A stretch of DNA of 33,183 bases. Source: a virus. Its lineage: Duplodnaviria > Caudoviricetes. The stretch covers positions 1 to 33,183 of the IMG/VR virus record IMGVR_UViG_3300016265_000187. One strand, given 5' to 3'. The notes under the pieces are model-generated. The model was not told where the DNA came from, made no database searches, and saw only the letters and a program-made list of their open reading frames with translations. Below, piece by piece: positions 24,850-33,183 of the stretch (positions are counted from its first letter, which is position 1; each line of letters opens with the position of its first letter). The position numbers and the translations under genes were made by a program.

Positions 24850-25335
24850 TTATCTTTTGTTTAATGATTTTGCAGCATTAAAACTTTTATCTTGCCACTC
24901 TTTAGATTTACTTATATATCTATTTAGCTGTTTTAATAGCATTTTCTTCTTTCTGTGGTCTTCGTCTATTTTAGTAGTATATATTAACTTGTTTGCTTCA
25001 TCTTTTATATTATTTAGAACTTTGTTTTTTTGACATATATCTATTTCTAAACTGGATAACTTGTAGTCAATTGATTCTATGTTTCTACATTCAGTAAACA
25101 GTCTTTTTTCTCGGTATACTCCCCAAGTGATAGCTGTTTTTATTGTACTAAAAATCTTTTTGATATCAGTGTGTTCACTTGTTAGTACGTACCAGTCTTT
25201 TTCTTGTGCGATATAATATTTCCCAAAAAGAATATATGTGTTATTCACATTAAGTAATGATACGTTGAAAACTGGATTATCTTCATTAAGATGTTTAGAT
25301 AAAAATTTATCAACTTTAGCTTCTTTATTTTTCAT
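24850..25335 (-). CDS. Hypothetical protein
   Basis: 161-aa ORF with an ATGA overlap with the upstream gene. Confidence 0.7.
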   Translation of the reverse strand: MKNKEAKVDKFLSKHLNEDNPVFNVSLLNVNNTYILFGKYYIAQEKDWYVLTSEHTDIKKIFSTIKTAITWGVYREKRLFTECRNIESIDYKLSSLEIDICQKNKVLNNIKDEANKLIYTTKIDEDHRKKKMLLKQLNRYISKSKEWQDKSFNAAKSLNKR

Positions 25336-25757
25336 ACAACCTCAAAATGTATATTTTTAAATTCAGGAGTAGCATCTAAAAAAGCAGAGATGCCTTCTGT
25401 ACCTATAACAATCATAGGAACACTGTCGCAATCTAAATAAAGAGCCCCTAATTTATCTATGTCATTATCAAACACGCTAGAATGCTGTACTTCAAATTCA
25501 AAAACCCAACAATGTTCTAATTTTTCAGAGTTGTAAAGAAATCCAAAAATAGACTTATCGCTTACTGATATCTTTTCAGGATTTTTAACAACTTCAGGTT
25601 GAGAACGCAATGATATGATTTGTAATATAGTGTCAAAATTACACTGAGTATTTCGTTTTGTGACCCAATCACTAACCTCGTCACTTGTTTTAGTACGACT
25701 TGTTATACCAGTTTTAGTAATATCAAATAGTGTATAGCATTTAATTCTGTATGACAT
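25332..25757 (-). CDS. Hypothetical protein
   Basis: Start reassigned to ATG 25757 (MSYRIKC), 5 nt after the AATAAATA box at 25763-25770. The track's start at 25775 abuts the terminator U-tract and lies upstream of that box. Confidence 0.65.
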   Translation of the reverse strand: MSYRIKCYTLFDITKTGITSRTKTSDEVSDWVTKRNTQCNFDTILQIISLRSQPEVVKNPEKISVSDKSIFGFLYNSEKLEHCWVFEFEVQHSSVFDNDIDKLGALYLDCDSVPMIVIGTEGISAFLDATPEFKNIHFEVV

Positions 25758-25775
25758 ATCACTATTTATTGGCAT

Positions 25776-25802
25776 AAAAAAACCCTGAGAAAATCTCAGG
25801 GT
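25776..25802 (-). terminator. Intrinsic terminator
   Basis: Minus strand ACCCTGAGA-TTT-TCTCAGGGT followed by TTTTTT. Confidence 0.88.
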
Positions 25803-25827
25803 CTTTGTGTTGCGCTAAACTAAAAAA

Positions 25828-26223
25828 TTAGTTAGTGAATGTAGCAGTGGCTGCTGTAGTAACAGCGTAGTTTAGACCAGTAGCTGCTGTTAGAGCAGCG
25901 TCAAGATCACCACCGTTAGTAAAGTCCCATGCATCTACTGGGTAGATAGCAACTGCTAATGTGTCGCTGTTGTCACCTACTTCAGTGAACTCGTACATGT
26001 AGATTGTAGCAAGTTGCTGAATGATTTGGAAAGTTTTTGCTAAGTCAGCACCAGAAGGAGTAGCTGCACCAGTAAAAGTGATTGTCCCAAATGCAAGCTT
26101 TGGACCCTGTGGCTGAACAGTAGCCGCAGAAGTGATTGTGTTTACACCAGTGTTGGTGTAAGATGCGCTGTCTAAGTGTAATACTGGTTTAAAGTCACCA
26201 TTAACTCTTGTAAATTGAGCCAT
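25828..26223 (-). CDS. Small abundant virion protein (possible capsid decoration protein)
   Basis: 131 aa, A/T-rich. Monocistronic unit with its own late box (26268-26275), 5' hairpin GAGAC-AGTAG-GTCTC, GAGGA SD and terminator. Confidence 0.55.
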   Translation of the reverse strand: MAQFTRVNGDFKPVLHLDSASYTNTGVNTITSAATVQPQGPKLAFGTITFTGAATPSGADLAKTFQIIQQLATIYMYEFTEVGDNSDTLAVAIYPVDAWDFTNGGDLDAALTAATGLNYAVTTAATATFTN

Positions 26224-26308
26224 TTTTTAATTCCTCTATATTTTTGAGACCTACTGTCTCTTAAAAATATTTATCATTAGTGGCAAAAAAAGCTGGTTTA
26301 TGGCTAAA

Positions 26309-28156
26309 TTATTTGTTAAAATGGGCGGCTCCAAAGCCTTCTCTGTTTACTATTTTGACCAAGCCCGCACTAGTAGGGAACACGAACCCTTCACCTTCTT
26401 GTTTACCACCAGTCCATTGCTCAAATCCAGTAACTTGTGATTCTAATTGTTGTGCGATATTTGCTTTTAGTTTATAGATAGCATTCCAAATTTTAATAAC
26501 AGCATCAAGACCTTGTTTGTTTTGTACTAAGTAACCATCATTGCTATCACCGACTAAAGATTGGTATTGCTTGCCGCTAATATTTTTAGATAACCACTCA
26601 GGTAAATCATCGTTAGTTTGCTTAGTTATTTTATGATTAGTATATTTTTTGATAGCTTCTTTAGCGATAGATGATAGACCATTCAAAAACTCGTCAGCAC
26701 TTTTACCATACTTTGCTAATATTTGTTCTGCTGAACTTATTAAAGATTTTGGAGCTTTTAATGAAAAGTCTATTCCAGCTTTGGGTGTAATGATTGCTAC
26801 ATTAGAAGGATTCATAGCAGGTTCGCCGTTCCATGGTTTACCGTCATATTGATGTGCTACTATTATTCCCACTTTTCCGCCAATTGCTTTACCTAGCTCA
26901 GAATCTACAGGTACTTTATATTCTACTGTAGTTGGCTTAAAAGTATAATAACCATTTACAGGCTTTAACTTACCTACAGCCATTAAGTCACCCTTAAATA
27001 AGCCTTTTGTATTACCTACTGCTTTTTCTAAGCCTGGCCAAATCAAATTAATTTTGCCGTATAAATCATTACGATCAGCACCACGATTTCTATCATATTC
27101 TACCCACTCTTCAGGACTTTTAGGATATACGCCTTTGTTTGGCATATACTTATCTGCTACTACAAATGTTCCGTCAGCCAGTCTACCAAAGTATAACGCT
27201 ATGCCACCGTCCCACTTAATACTTCCTGATTTAGGATTAGCAATTGCTTGTTTAAGTGCTTCTAAATATTTTTCTGCTTCTATGCTACCATCAAAGATCG
27301 CGTCTTCGGGATGAGGTATTCTAGGACTAGGTGCTGCTTCATTTAGTTGTATTGAATTCTCTACTACTATATTGCGTAATTTTGCCATTGTATCTGACAA
27401 ACTTTCCTGCACTTTAGTTCCGGGAGGTTCTACTCCCATTGATCTAGCGTATTCTTCAAACTCGCTTACTTTCTTTTCTTTATTAGGATCGTTAGCTAGT
27501 TTAGCGTAAATATTTTCTACACTCATCATATCTTTTTTAGAACCACTTGGTCCAAATAAAGTTTTAGCAATTGTATCAATGTCAAATGTGATAAACTCGT
27601 TAGTAGCACGATCTACTAAGCCTTTCATACTTAATCGTAAGCCTTGAGGATACTCAGAACTTACTGTGCCTTTAGCTACATTGTTAAGTAAGACTTCTCT
27701 AAACATACCTTTATAATCACTGGGCCCTTGACTTAACAAGAATGTTCCCCATTCAGGATTATCTAAGAACATAAAATCTGCTTGAACAAATCCATTTTTA
27801 GTATCTCCTAAAATAGGAGTTTTAAAGTGAACTGATATACCTGACTTTGCTACCCATTCTTTTGGATTCAAGCCCTGTTGTGTAGCCCAATTTTTTAATT
27901 GTGATTCTAATTCAGCTTTAGAAATTTCTTTACTATTGACGGCTAAATCTAAATCACCTGAAGATTCTTTTCTACCAGTAGAACCTAACCATTTCGCAGG
28001 TAAACCATCTTCTGCTTTTTCTTTTGTTAAGTCTAGTCTAGTTAGTTTTTCTAACCATTTTATAGTATCAGGTATTTCATTTTTACTGATGCGGCGAGTA
28101 ACAGGAACTCCCTGCTCATCTTTAAAAATATTTCCGCCTTCAAACAGTCTAATCAT
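26309..28156 (-). CDS. Fusion: Pol-beta-type nucleotidyltransferase domain plus ATP-dependent RNA-ligase-like domain
   Basis: N-half has LGSTGRKESSGDLDLAV (hG[S]..DxD) and VQADFM. C-half has SIKWDG (KxDG motif I), GDLM, GEGFVF (motif IV-like) and LVKIVNR (motif V-like). Confidence 0.65.
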   Translation of the reverse strand: MIRLFEGGNIFKDEQGVPVTRRISKNEIPDTIKWLEKLTRLDLTKEKAEDGLPAKWLGSTGRKESSGDLDLAVNSKEISKAELESQLKNWATQQGLNPKEWVAKSGISVHFKTPILGDTKNGFVQADFMFLDNPEWGTFLLSQGPSDYKGMFREVLLNNVAKGTVSSEYPQGLRLSMKGLVDRATNEFITFDIDTIAKTLFGPSGSKKDMMSVENIYAKLANDPNKEKKVSEFEEYARSMGVEPPGTKVQESLSDTMAKLRNIVVENSIQLNEAAPSPRIPHPEDAIFDGSIEAEKYLEALKQAIANPKSGSIKWDGGIALYFGRLADGTFVVADKYMPNKGVYPKSPEEWVEYDRNRGADRNDLYGKINLIWPGLEKAVGNTKGLFKGDLMAVGKLKPVNGYYTFKPTTVEYKVPVDSELGKAIGGKVGIIVAHQYDGKPWNGEPAMNPSNVAIITPKAGIDFSLKAPKSLISSAEQILAKYGKSADEFLNGLSSIAKEAIKKYTNHKITKQTNDDLPEWLSKNISGKQYQSLVGDSNDGYLVQNKQGLDAVIKIWNAIYKLKANIAQQLESQVTGFEQWTGGKQEGEGFVFPTSAGLVKIVNREGFGAAHFNK

Positions 28157-28770
28157 GTTTTGAGTACATCCTGTGCACCCGAGGGTAATTTATATTTTGC
28201 TTTACTAACCAAATCCCAAGATTTACTAGCAAGCTTTTGAATTGCTGCCTTACCGCGATCTTTACTATATGATGATTCTATTTCTTTTGCAATAGTTTCA
28301 ACATTAGTTTTTTCATTTGTCCAATTTACACCTTTCATATAAGCTGTAAACCATCTCATTATCCATGATGATAGTGACTCAGTTGTTTGTTCATTTATAT
28401 AATTTTCTACTAGCGCATTTAAAAAAGAATTATAACCTTCATTATACCCTAAATCAGCTATACCTGTTAATTCTTTTTCACGATCAACCGGCGTTGTCTG
28501 AGGTACAGGTATACCCGTTGCCTTTAAATCTATAGTTTTTCTTTTAATAGCAGCATCTAAATCAACTATAAAATCCTCAATAAAGTCTTGTAAATATCCT
28601 TTTTGTATTCTAGGCAACATTTCCGCTCTTTGTTTTTCGTATTCTGCTTTAGTCATTCTACGAGATCGGGTACCTGATTGTGATTTAGCAAAAGAAGCGG
28701 CATCTGAACCAATTTTTACTAAATCAGAAAAGAATCCTTCTTCTAGTTTTTTGAATTCACTAACTTTCAT
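28153..28770 (-). CDS. Hypothetical protein (possible head-internal protein)
   Basis: 205 aa, starts MKVSEFKKLEEG, with internal YNE/LVE/INE motifs. Confidence 0.65.
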   Translation of the reverse strand: MKVSEFKKLEEGFFSDLVKIGSDAASFAKSQSGTRSRRMTKAEYEKQRAEMLPRIQKGYLQDFIEDFIVDLDAAIKRKTIDLKATGIPVPQTTPVDREKELTGIADLGYNEGYNSFLNALVENYINEQTTESLSSWIMRWFTAYMKGVNWTNEKTNVETIAKEIESSYSKDRGKAAIQKLASKSWDLVSKAKYKLPSGAQDVLKT

Positions 28771-29005
28771 CTTTTTTCCTTAAAGATTTAGAAAATCTGT
28801 CTTGGTCACGGCTCTTGATAGCACTTAGCAGTTTTCTTTCTAACAGTTCGGCTTTTTCAGATGAATAGTGTTTTTTCATCAACTCTAACAAGTTGATAGC
28901 ACTTGTGATAACATTGTTGGCACGGTTCTCAATAAGATGATTAACATCTTTATTGTTTCCCATGCTTTCTAATTCTTCTAAAAGACTACGTGTTTTCTTT
29001 TGCAT
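28760..29005 (-). CDS. Hypothetical small helical protein
   Basis: 81 aa, first gene after the late box GATAAATA at 29022-29029. Confidence 0.7.
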   Translation of the reverse strand: MQKKTRSLLEELESMGNNKDVNHLIENRANNVITSAINLLELMKKHYSSEKAELLERKLLSAIKSRDQDRFSKSLRKKDES

Positions 29006-29033
29006 ACTGTGACCTTTATTATATTTATCTTGA

Positions 29034-30452
29034 TTAACTATTCTTTAAGGAACTTAACATACTTCTAAGCTTACTACCTTGAACATCTGCTACTACTTTC
29101 TTTTCAGGATTTATCTCACCTGTGTTTGTATCTACAGTTTCATTTGAAGACATAGTACTCATTGGCTTAATCTTGCTCATAATATCAGTAGCAGATTGAC
29201 GACCACCAGAAGAACTATCATCACCTCCTTCGTCTGTAATTCGCATAGTATCCATGTTATAGTCTAGTTCAATTTGATGACCTACACCAGTAGAACTACG
29301 CGACTTCATACACTGAATTTGATATTTACCTCGTTCTTTTAACGATCTGCTAGTAATAATACCAAATACATAGTCAGCAGTATTGATTTTAGAAATACCA
29401 CCAGCAATGTGACTATGATCAAACGATACTTCTTCAACAGCCGATCTGTTTAGTTGTGAAGCAGTTACCATTAGTACGCCCAATTCTTTTGCTAAGTTTC
29501 TTAATTCTTCTGAAACATACTTGTCTTTAATAAACTGATCAGTGGGATTTACTTTTACTGATACAGGCATTACAAGATCCAAGTAGTCAATCATTACAAA
29601 GTCTACTGGCATTCCTGTTTGTATCTGAACTTCTTTGATATAGCTTCTGATAGCGTTTACATTGCTTTGTGCAGGTAATCCTTTAACACGATATTGGCCT
29701 GACTTTTTTGCAGCCATTTTGACTTTTAGTTCTACAGTATCTAAGTCTTTTCTGATATCTTTTGTGCTCATGCTGGTTAACATAGCATCTGTTCTTAGTG
29801 CTGTTAACTCTTCAGAAAGTTCTAGTGTGATATAAACACCGCTTAATCCTTGTGACAAAAAGTTAAGAGCTATGTTCATCATTACTAGCGACTTACCTGA
29901 TCCTGAACCACCTGCAAAGATGTTTAGTTCGCCCCTGCTCATACCACCATACATGATTTTGTCTAACTGAGGCCAACCTGTGCTTACTTGTCCACCTTGA
30001 TTGAAGTATCTGTTCAATCGTTCTTTAGGGTCACCAAAGTAATTTGTACCCATATCTCGCTGAAGTGATATTTGAACTGCGTCCTTTACCAGTTTTTCTA
30101 CTGGATCGTATTCACCCTTTTCTAATAGTTCGGCTGCTTTTAAAATTGCTCGTTCTAATTCTTGTCTTTTAGTAAAGTTTTCAAACTCAGTTAGAAAAAA
30201 TTCAATATGTCCTTGTGAGTCTAAGTCAGCTATTCGTTCAATTTCTACACCAGTAGCTGCTTTAATTTGTGTAGGATCGGGCAAAATATTATATTTTTGT
30301 GCGTGTTCAACCATAAACTCTGCTACATGTCTTACACTTCTATCAAAGTTTTTAGGGTTCATGATATTCATAACTCGTGTATAAAGATCCGAGTTAGTTA
30401 CCATCATTCGTAAGAATAATGTTTGTACTTCTGTATTAAACTCTTTTAACAA
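29034..30452 (-). CDS. Replicative DnaB-like helicase (T4 gp41-like)
   Basis: Walker A GGSGSGKS, YITLELSE, Walker B VMIDYLDL, SEELRNLA, TASQLNR and MKSR. TTG start with GAGGAG SD inside the primase 3' end. Confidence 0.93.
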   Translation of the reverse strand: MLKEFNTEVQTLFLRMMVTNSDLYTRVMNIMNPKNFDRSVRHVAEFMVEHAQKYNILPDPTQIKAATGVEIERIADLDSQGHIEFFLTEFENFTKRQELERAILKAAELLEKGEYDPVEKLVKDAVQISLQRDMGTNYFGDPKERLNRYFNQGGQVSTGWPQLDKIMYGGMSRGELNIFAGGSGSGKSLVMMNIALNFLSQGLSGVYITLELSEELTALRTDAMLTSMSTKDIRKDLDTVELKVKMAAKKSGQYRVKGLPAQSNVNAIRSYIKEVQIQTGMPVDFVMIDYLDLVMPVSVKVNPTDQFIKDKYVSEELRNLAKELGVLMVTASQLNRSAVEEVSFDHSHIAGGISKINTADYVFGIITSRSLKERGKYQIQCMKSRSSTGVGHQIELDYNMDTMRITDEGGDDSSSGGRQSATDIMSKIKPMSTMSSNETVDTNTGEINPEKKVVADVQGSKLRSMLSSLKNS

Positions 30453-31425
30453 GCTTTTTTCTCCTCAATTCTAATTTTATTCTACTCATTGTCGCTGATT
30501 GTATGATACTTAGTAGTGTAGGTAATCTACCGTATTTTATGACGGCCTCGTTTACATCTTTGATAGGTATACCTTTGTCATTCAATCCCCACTCAGGTAA
30601 GCTTACTTGATACCCTAATTCTAATGCTTGATCAATCAAATCTAATCCTGTTTTGTCTTGATCAGGGACTACAATAATAGTTCTGTTTAATCGTCTTAAC
30701 AATTCTTGTTGTTCTAAACTGATCGTACTAGTACCCAATGCACAAGCATCTATACTTAATGCGTCAAATATACCTTCAACTACGATACAAATAGACCAAT
30801 CAGGTTTTTGAAAATCATACCCAAATAGATAACCAGTGGGCTGATCGTTTAGATACTTTGGCTTTCTGTCGTCTAAAAATCTGCTAGTGTTGCCAACAAT
30901 CTTTCCTTTGTATGTAAAGGGAATAATAACTCTGTTTGCGTTTCTACCTATCTCATTAGGCGTGATTAAAAACGGATATTCATCATAATGTATTTTTCTA
31001 TTTTCTATGTATTCAATAAATTTATGATGATTTGGATTGTTGATATCTAGTGCTTCGCTGTTTTCAGGGAGTTCTTTTTCTTTGAAATTGATAGTTACGT
31101 TACGAACGATTGGCGTAATGTAATCTAAGATATCTTTATTTTGTATGCTTTCTAAGCCGATTTTAGTAATTAGATTTTCATCAGCACCGCACCATTTTAA
31201 AAATAGTTTAGTATTAGCAGAAAGAGGTTTACCAAGTTCAAACCTGCACTTGAAATGACAATTAAAACAACTGTATGTAAAGTTATAGTTGTCTTTTATC
31301 AAGCCGCCACGCATTCTTTTATCGGGCTTGTGACCACGATGATGACAACAGGGCGCGTTAAAACTTATCCAACCTTTAGCAGTTGATTTTCGTTTACCAG
31401 GAATAATTGTTATAATATCAAACAT
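30436..31425 (-). CDS. DNA primase (T4 gp61-like)
   Basis: N-terminal Zn-binding region (PCCH...CFNC), R.IIPF, KY, and TOPRIM motifs VEGIFDA, PDQD..G, KDVNE. Adjacent to the helicase. Confidence 0.92.
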   Translation of the reverse strand: MFDIITIIPGKRKSTAKGWISFNAPCCHHRGHKPDKRMRGGLIKDNYNFTYSCFNCHFKCRFELGKPLSANTKLFLKWCGADENLITKIGLESIQNKDILDYITPIVRNVTINFKEKELPENSEALDINNPNHHKFIEYIENRKIHYDEYPFLITPNEIGRNANRVIIPFTYKGKIVGNTSRFLDDRKPKYLNDQPTGYLFGYDFQKPDWSICIVVEGIFDALSIDACALGTSTISLEQQELLRRLNRTIIVVPDQDKTGLDLIDQALELGYQVSLPEWGLNDKGIPIKDVNEAVIKYGRLPTLLSIIQSATMSRIKLELRRKKLVKRV

Positions 31426-31431
31426 TCACTA

Positions 31432-31459
31432 ATTATAACAGATTTATATAGTAAATCAA
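31432..31459 (-). promoter_or_regulatory. Sigma70-type promoter TTGATT-N16-TATAAT (extended TG) for primase-helicase
   Basis: TGT-TATAAT at 31440-31432, only 6 nt before the ATG, with no SD. Confidence 0.7.
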
Positions 31460-31463
31460 TATG

Positions 31464-32228
31464 TTATCTTGCCAAGATGTTGGCAACTTCACCCTGTTCA
31501 CTGTTAAACTGTAATCTAATAAATGGATGAAATCCATTAATAGTATACCCTTTAGTTTCAGAAATATTAGAATATTCCGCTGCGGTAATGTCGTACCAAT
31601 CATTATCTACTATAGTTGAACCTTGAATAACTATATTACCTTCATATTCATTATACTGTGCTTGTATGGTAAGAATAGGATTGTCTTGAGTATTAATTAC
31701 GCTGCTATAGTATGTAAAGTTAGACCCACTTGAGTTGGGATGTAAATTAGGAAAGTCTTGACCAGTAGGTATAGTAACTACTTCAGAAGGGACAAACGAA
31801 GGTAGTATAGAATTGACTATGTTCATGTCACCTCTTGCTCCAGAGTTTTGGTCTACAAAAACAGGAAAATCAAATTCTCCAACTGGTATTTCTAAACTAT
31901 AAAAAGCTTTTTGTGCTGGGATATCTTCTATTTCTGCTGCGTTTAACTGAAGCACCGCAATGCCAGTTACTGGTAGTTGTAAAGTTAATGCTTTTCTGAT
32001 AAGTACCTCAGTACCATTATAGTTTAAAACGCGACAAGTAATTGTTTTACCTGTAATATTTACTGGCTTTTGTTCTTGATTTAAGAACTGGAACTGAATT
32101 TGATTGTCTGTACCCTTATGTAAGGTCAATGGTTTGCTGTACTGTGGCATATAACTCCTAGGGCTATTTCCGGATAAAAGTATTACTATTTGTCTTGGTA
32201 TGTAATAAAAAACTTGTGTTGAATACAC
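31464..32228 (-). CDS. Hypothetical beta-rich protein, probably virion structural
   Basis: 254 aa, GTG start with AAGGA SD. Variant late box ACTAAATA at 32248-32255. Ig-like strand pattern. Confidence 0.6.
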   Translation of the reverse strand: MYSTQVFYYIPRQIVILLSGNSPRSYMPQYSKPLTLHKGTDNQIQFQFLNQEQKPVNITGKTITCRVLNYNGTEVLIRKALTLQLPVTGIAVLQLNAAEIEDIPAQKAFYSLEIPVGEFDFPVFVDQNSGARGDMNIVNSILPSFVPSEVVTIPTGQDFPNLHPNSSGSNFTYYSSVINTQDNPILTIQAQYNEYEGNIVIQGSTIVDNDWYDITAAEYSNISETKGYTINGFHPFIRLQFNSEQGEVANILAR

Positions 32229-32311
32229 GAATGATATCCTTTAGATATATTTAGTCTTGTTAGTAATTAAATTTATTTGATTTGTTTTGAAAAGGGTATA
32301 AATATCATTAT

Positions 32312-32692
32312 ATGAGTTCAGAAGATTTTTTCAAAAAACTAAGCGATAGTCACCCCTTTATAACTGTGTGCCATTATGCCAGCCAAGATTATGTAGGCAT
32401 AGTTCAAAACAGAGATGATATTGTTACTACCATATATGATTATGGTGCTATTGTAGAAGCAGAATTAAAAGAAAGATTTTTAGAGTTAGGTGATGTTTGG
32501 TGGTGGGAATCAAATAGAATGCTGCCCATCAATATCTTTTTAAAAGAAGAATGGGCAGTTTTTAAACCCTACATAAGAACTTTTAATAATAAAAGTTTGA
32601 CTATATTACATGGACCAACAGTTAGTTTAACTGATTTAGGTAAAAGAAGATCAAAAAGACGTTCTATTACCTTAGTTAAACGGCTTTTCTAG
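32312..32692 (+). CDS. Hypothetical phage protein
   Basis: 126 aa with a WWWESNR..PI motif. Perfect TATAAATA box at 32297-32304. Confidence 0.75.
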   Translation: MSSEDFFKKLSDSHPFITVCHYASQDYVGIVQNRDDIVTTIYDYGAIVEAELKERFLELGDVWWWESNRMLPINIFLKEEWAVFKPYIRTFNNKSLTILHGPTVSLTDLGKRRSKRRSITLVKRLF

Positions 32693-33173
32693 CTCTTATC
32701 TTTTTTCTCTTTTCTTTTGCTCTATCAAGTACTAACTTACTAACTTTAGTGTCAAAGCAAATGCCGTCTAAATGATTGTGCTCGTGCTGAAATACTCTTG
32801 CCATCAAACCAGTTAATTCTTGTTCAACTTTTTCACCGGCTACATTGTAATATTTTACACTAATATCTTTATAACGTTCCACATACATCCAAAGATCAGG
32901 AAAGCTTAAACATCCTTCTTGATCTCTAACTCGCTCAGCACCTGATATGATTTCAGGATTGATACAAGCTACTAAGTGATCAGGATTGCCCATAACAAAT
33001 ATGCGTTTAGATATGCCGCATTGTGGCGCAGCTAAACCTATGCCATTGTGAAGAACCATTAGCTTAGCCATTGCTTTTACTAGTTCGCTAGGATCACCGT
33101 CTTTTTCCCAGTCCCATGCTTCTGCTACTTCTCTTAGTATTTCACTATCTTCTGGTATTAATTTAAGATCCAT
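32676..33173 (-). CDS. def: Peptide deformylase
   Basis: All three PDF motifs are present: GIGLAAPQ, EGCLS and QHEHNHLDG (HExxH). Confidence 0.95.
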   Translation of the reverse strand: MDLKLIPEDSEILREVAEAWDWEKDGDPSELVKAMAKLMVLHNGIGLAAPQCGISKRIFVMGNPDHLVACINPEIISGAERVRDQEGCLSFPDLWMYVERYKDISVKYYNVAGEKVEQELTGLMARVFQHEHNHLDGICFDTKVSKLVLDRAKEKRKKIRARKAV

Positions 33174-33183
33174 TTTGTTCCTC

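Noticed and set aside
25758-25775. ATG start at 25775
   Set aside because: It is adjacent to the terminator U-tract and upstream of the late box. ATG 25757 fits the 5-nt spacing seen elsewhere.
424-28163. Numerous short antisense or alternate-frame ORFs in the track (e.g. 1077, 2574, 7540, 21727, 27054)
   Set aside because: They are shadows of long genes caused by codon bias and low-complexity sequence, with no RBS, promoter or motif.
32234-32248. Small hairpin ATATC-TAAAG-GATAT over the SD of the 254-aa gene
   Set aside because: Only 5 AU-rich pairs, too weak to claim as a third translational switch.
1-33183. Alternative genetic code (stop-codon reassignment)
   Set aside because: Known genes translate full length in the standard code with dense packing and no fragmentation.

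Overview
The window is a 33 kb AT-rich segment of a large tailed-phage genome, a myovirus distantly related to T4 and probably jumbo-sized. It holds part of the virion morphogenesis module: tail sheath, tail tube, a tube-like baseplate initiator, gp13/gp14/gp15-like neck proteins, a gp4 head-completion nuclease, fibre proteins and probable prohead-core/internal proteins. Interleaved are replication and metabolism genes: primase, DnaB-like helicase, PD-(D/E)XK exonuclease, dNMP kinase, MazG-like pyrophosphatase, NUDIX hydrolase and peptide deformylase. The regulatory grammar can be read directly: about 16 T4-late-like (G/A/C/T)ATAAATA boxes precede structural genes, four sigma70-type promoters precede non-structural genes, and there are several intrinsic terminators. 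The main unexplained items are (1) a ~400-nt highly structured intergenic RNA candidate at 13427-13825, (2) a Pol-beta nucleotidyltransferase fused to an RNA-ligase-like domain with a head-targeting-like N-terminus, (3) a 988-aa polyprotein-like head protein carrying a DUF3008-like module between putative protease sites, (4) two mirror-image promoter-overlapping hairpins that could gate translation by infection stage, and (5) apparent widespread leaderless mRNAs. All protein calls come from motif recognition by eye; no searches were run.
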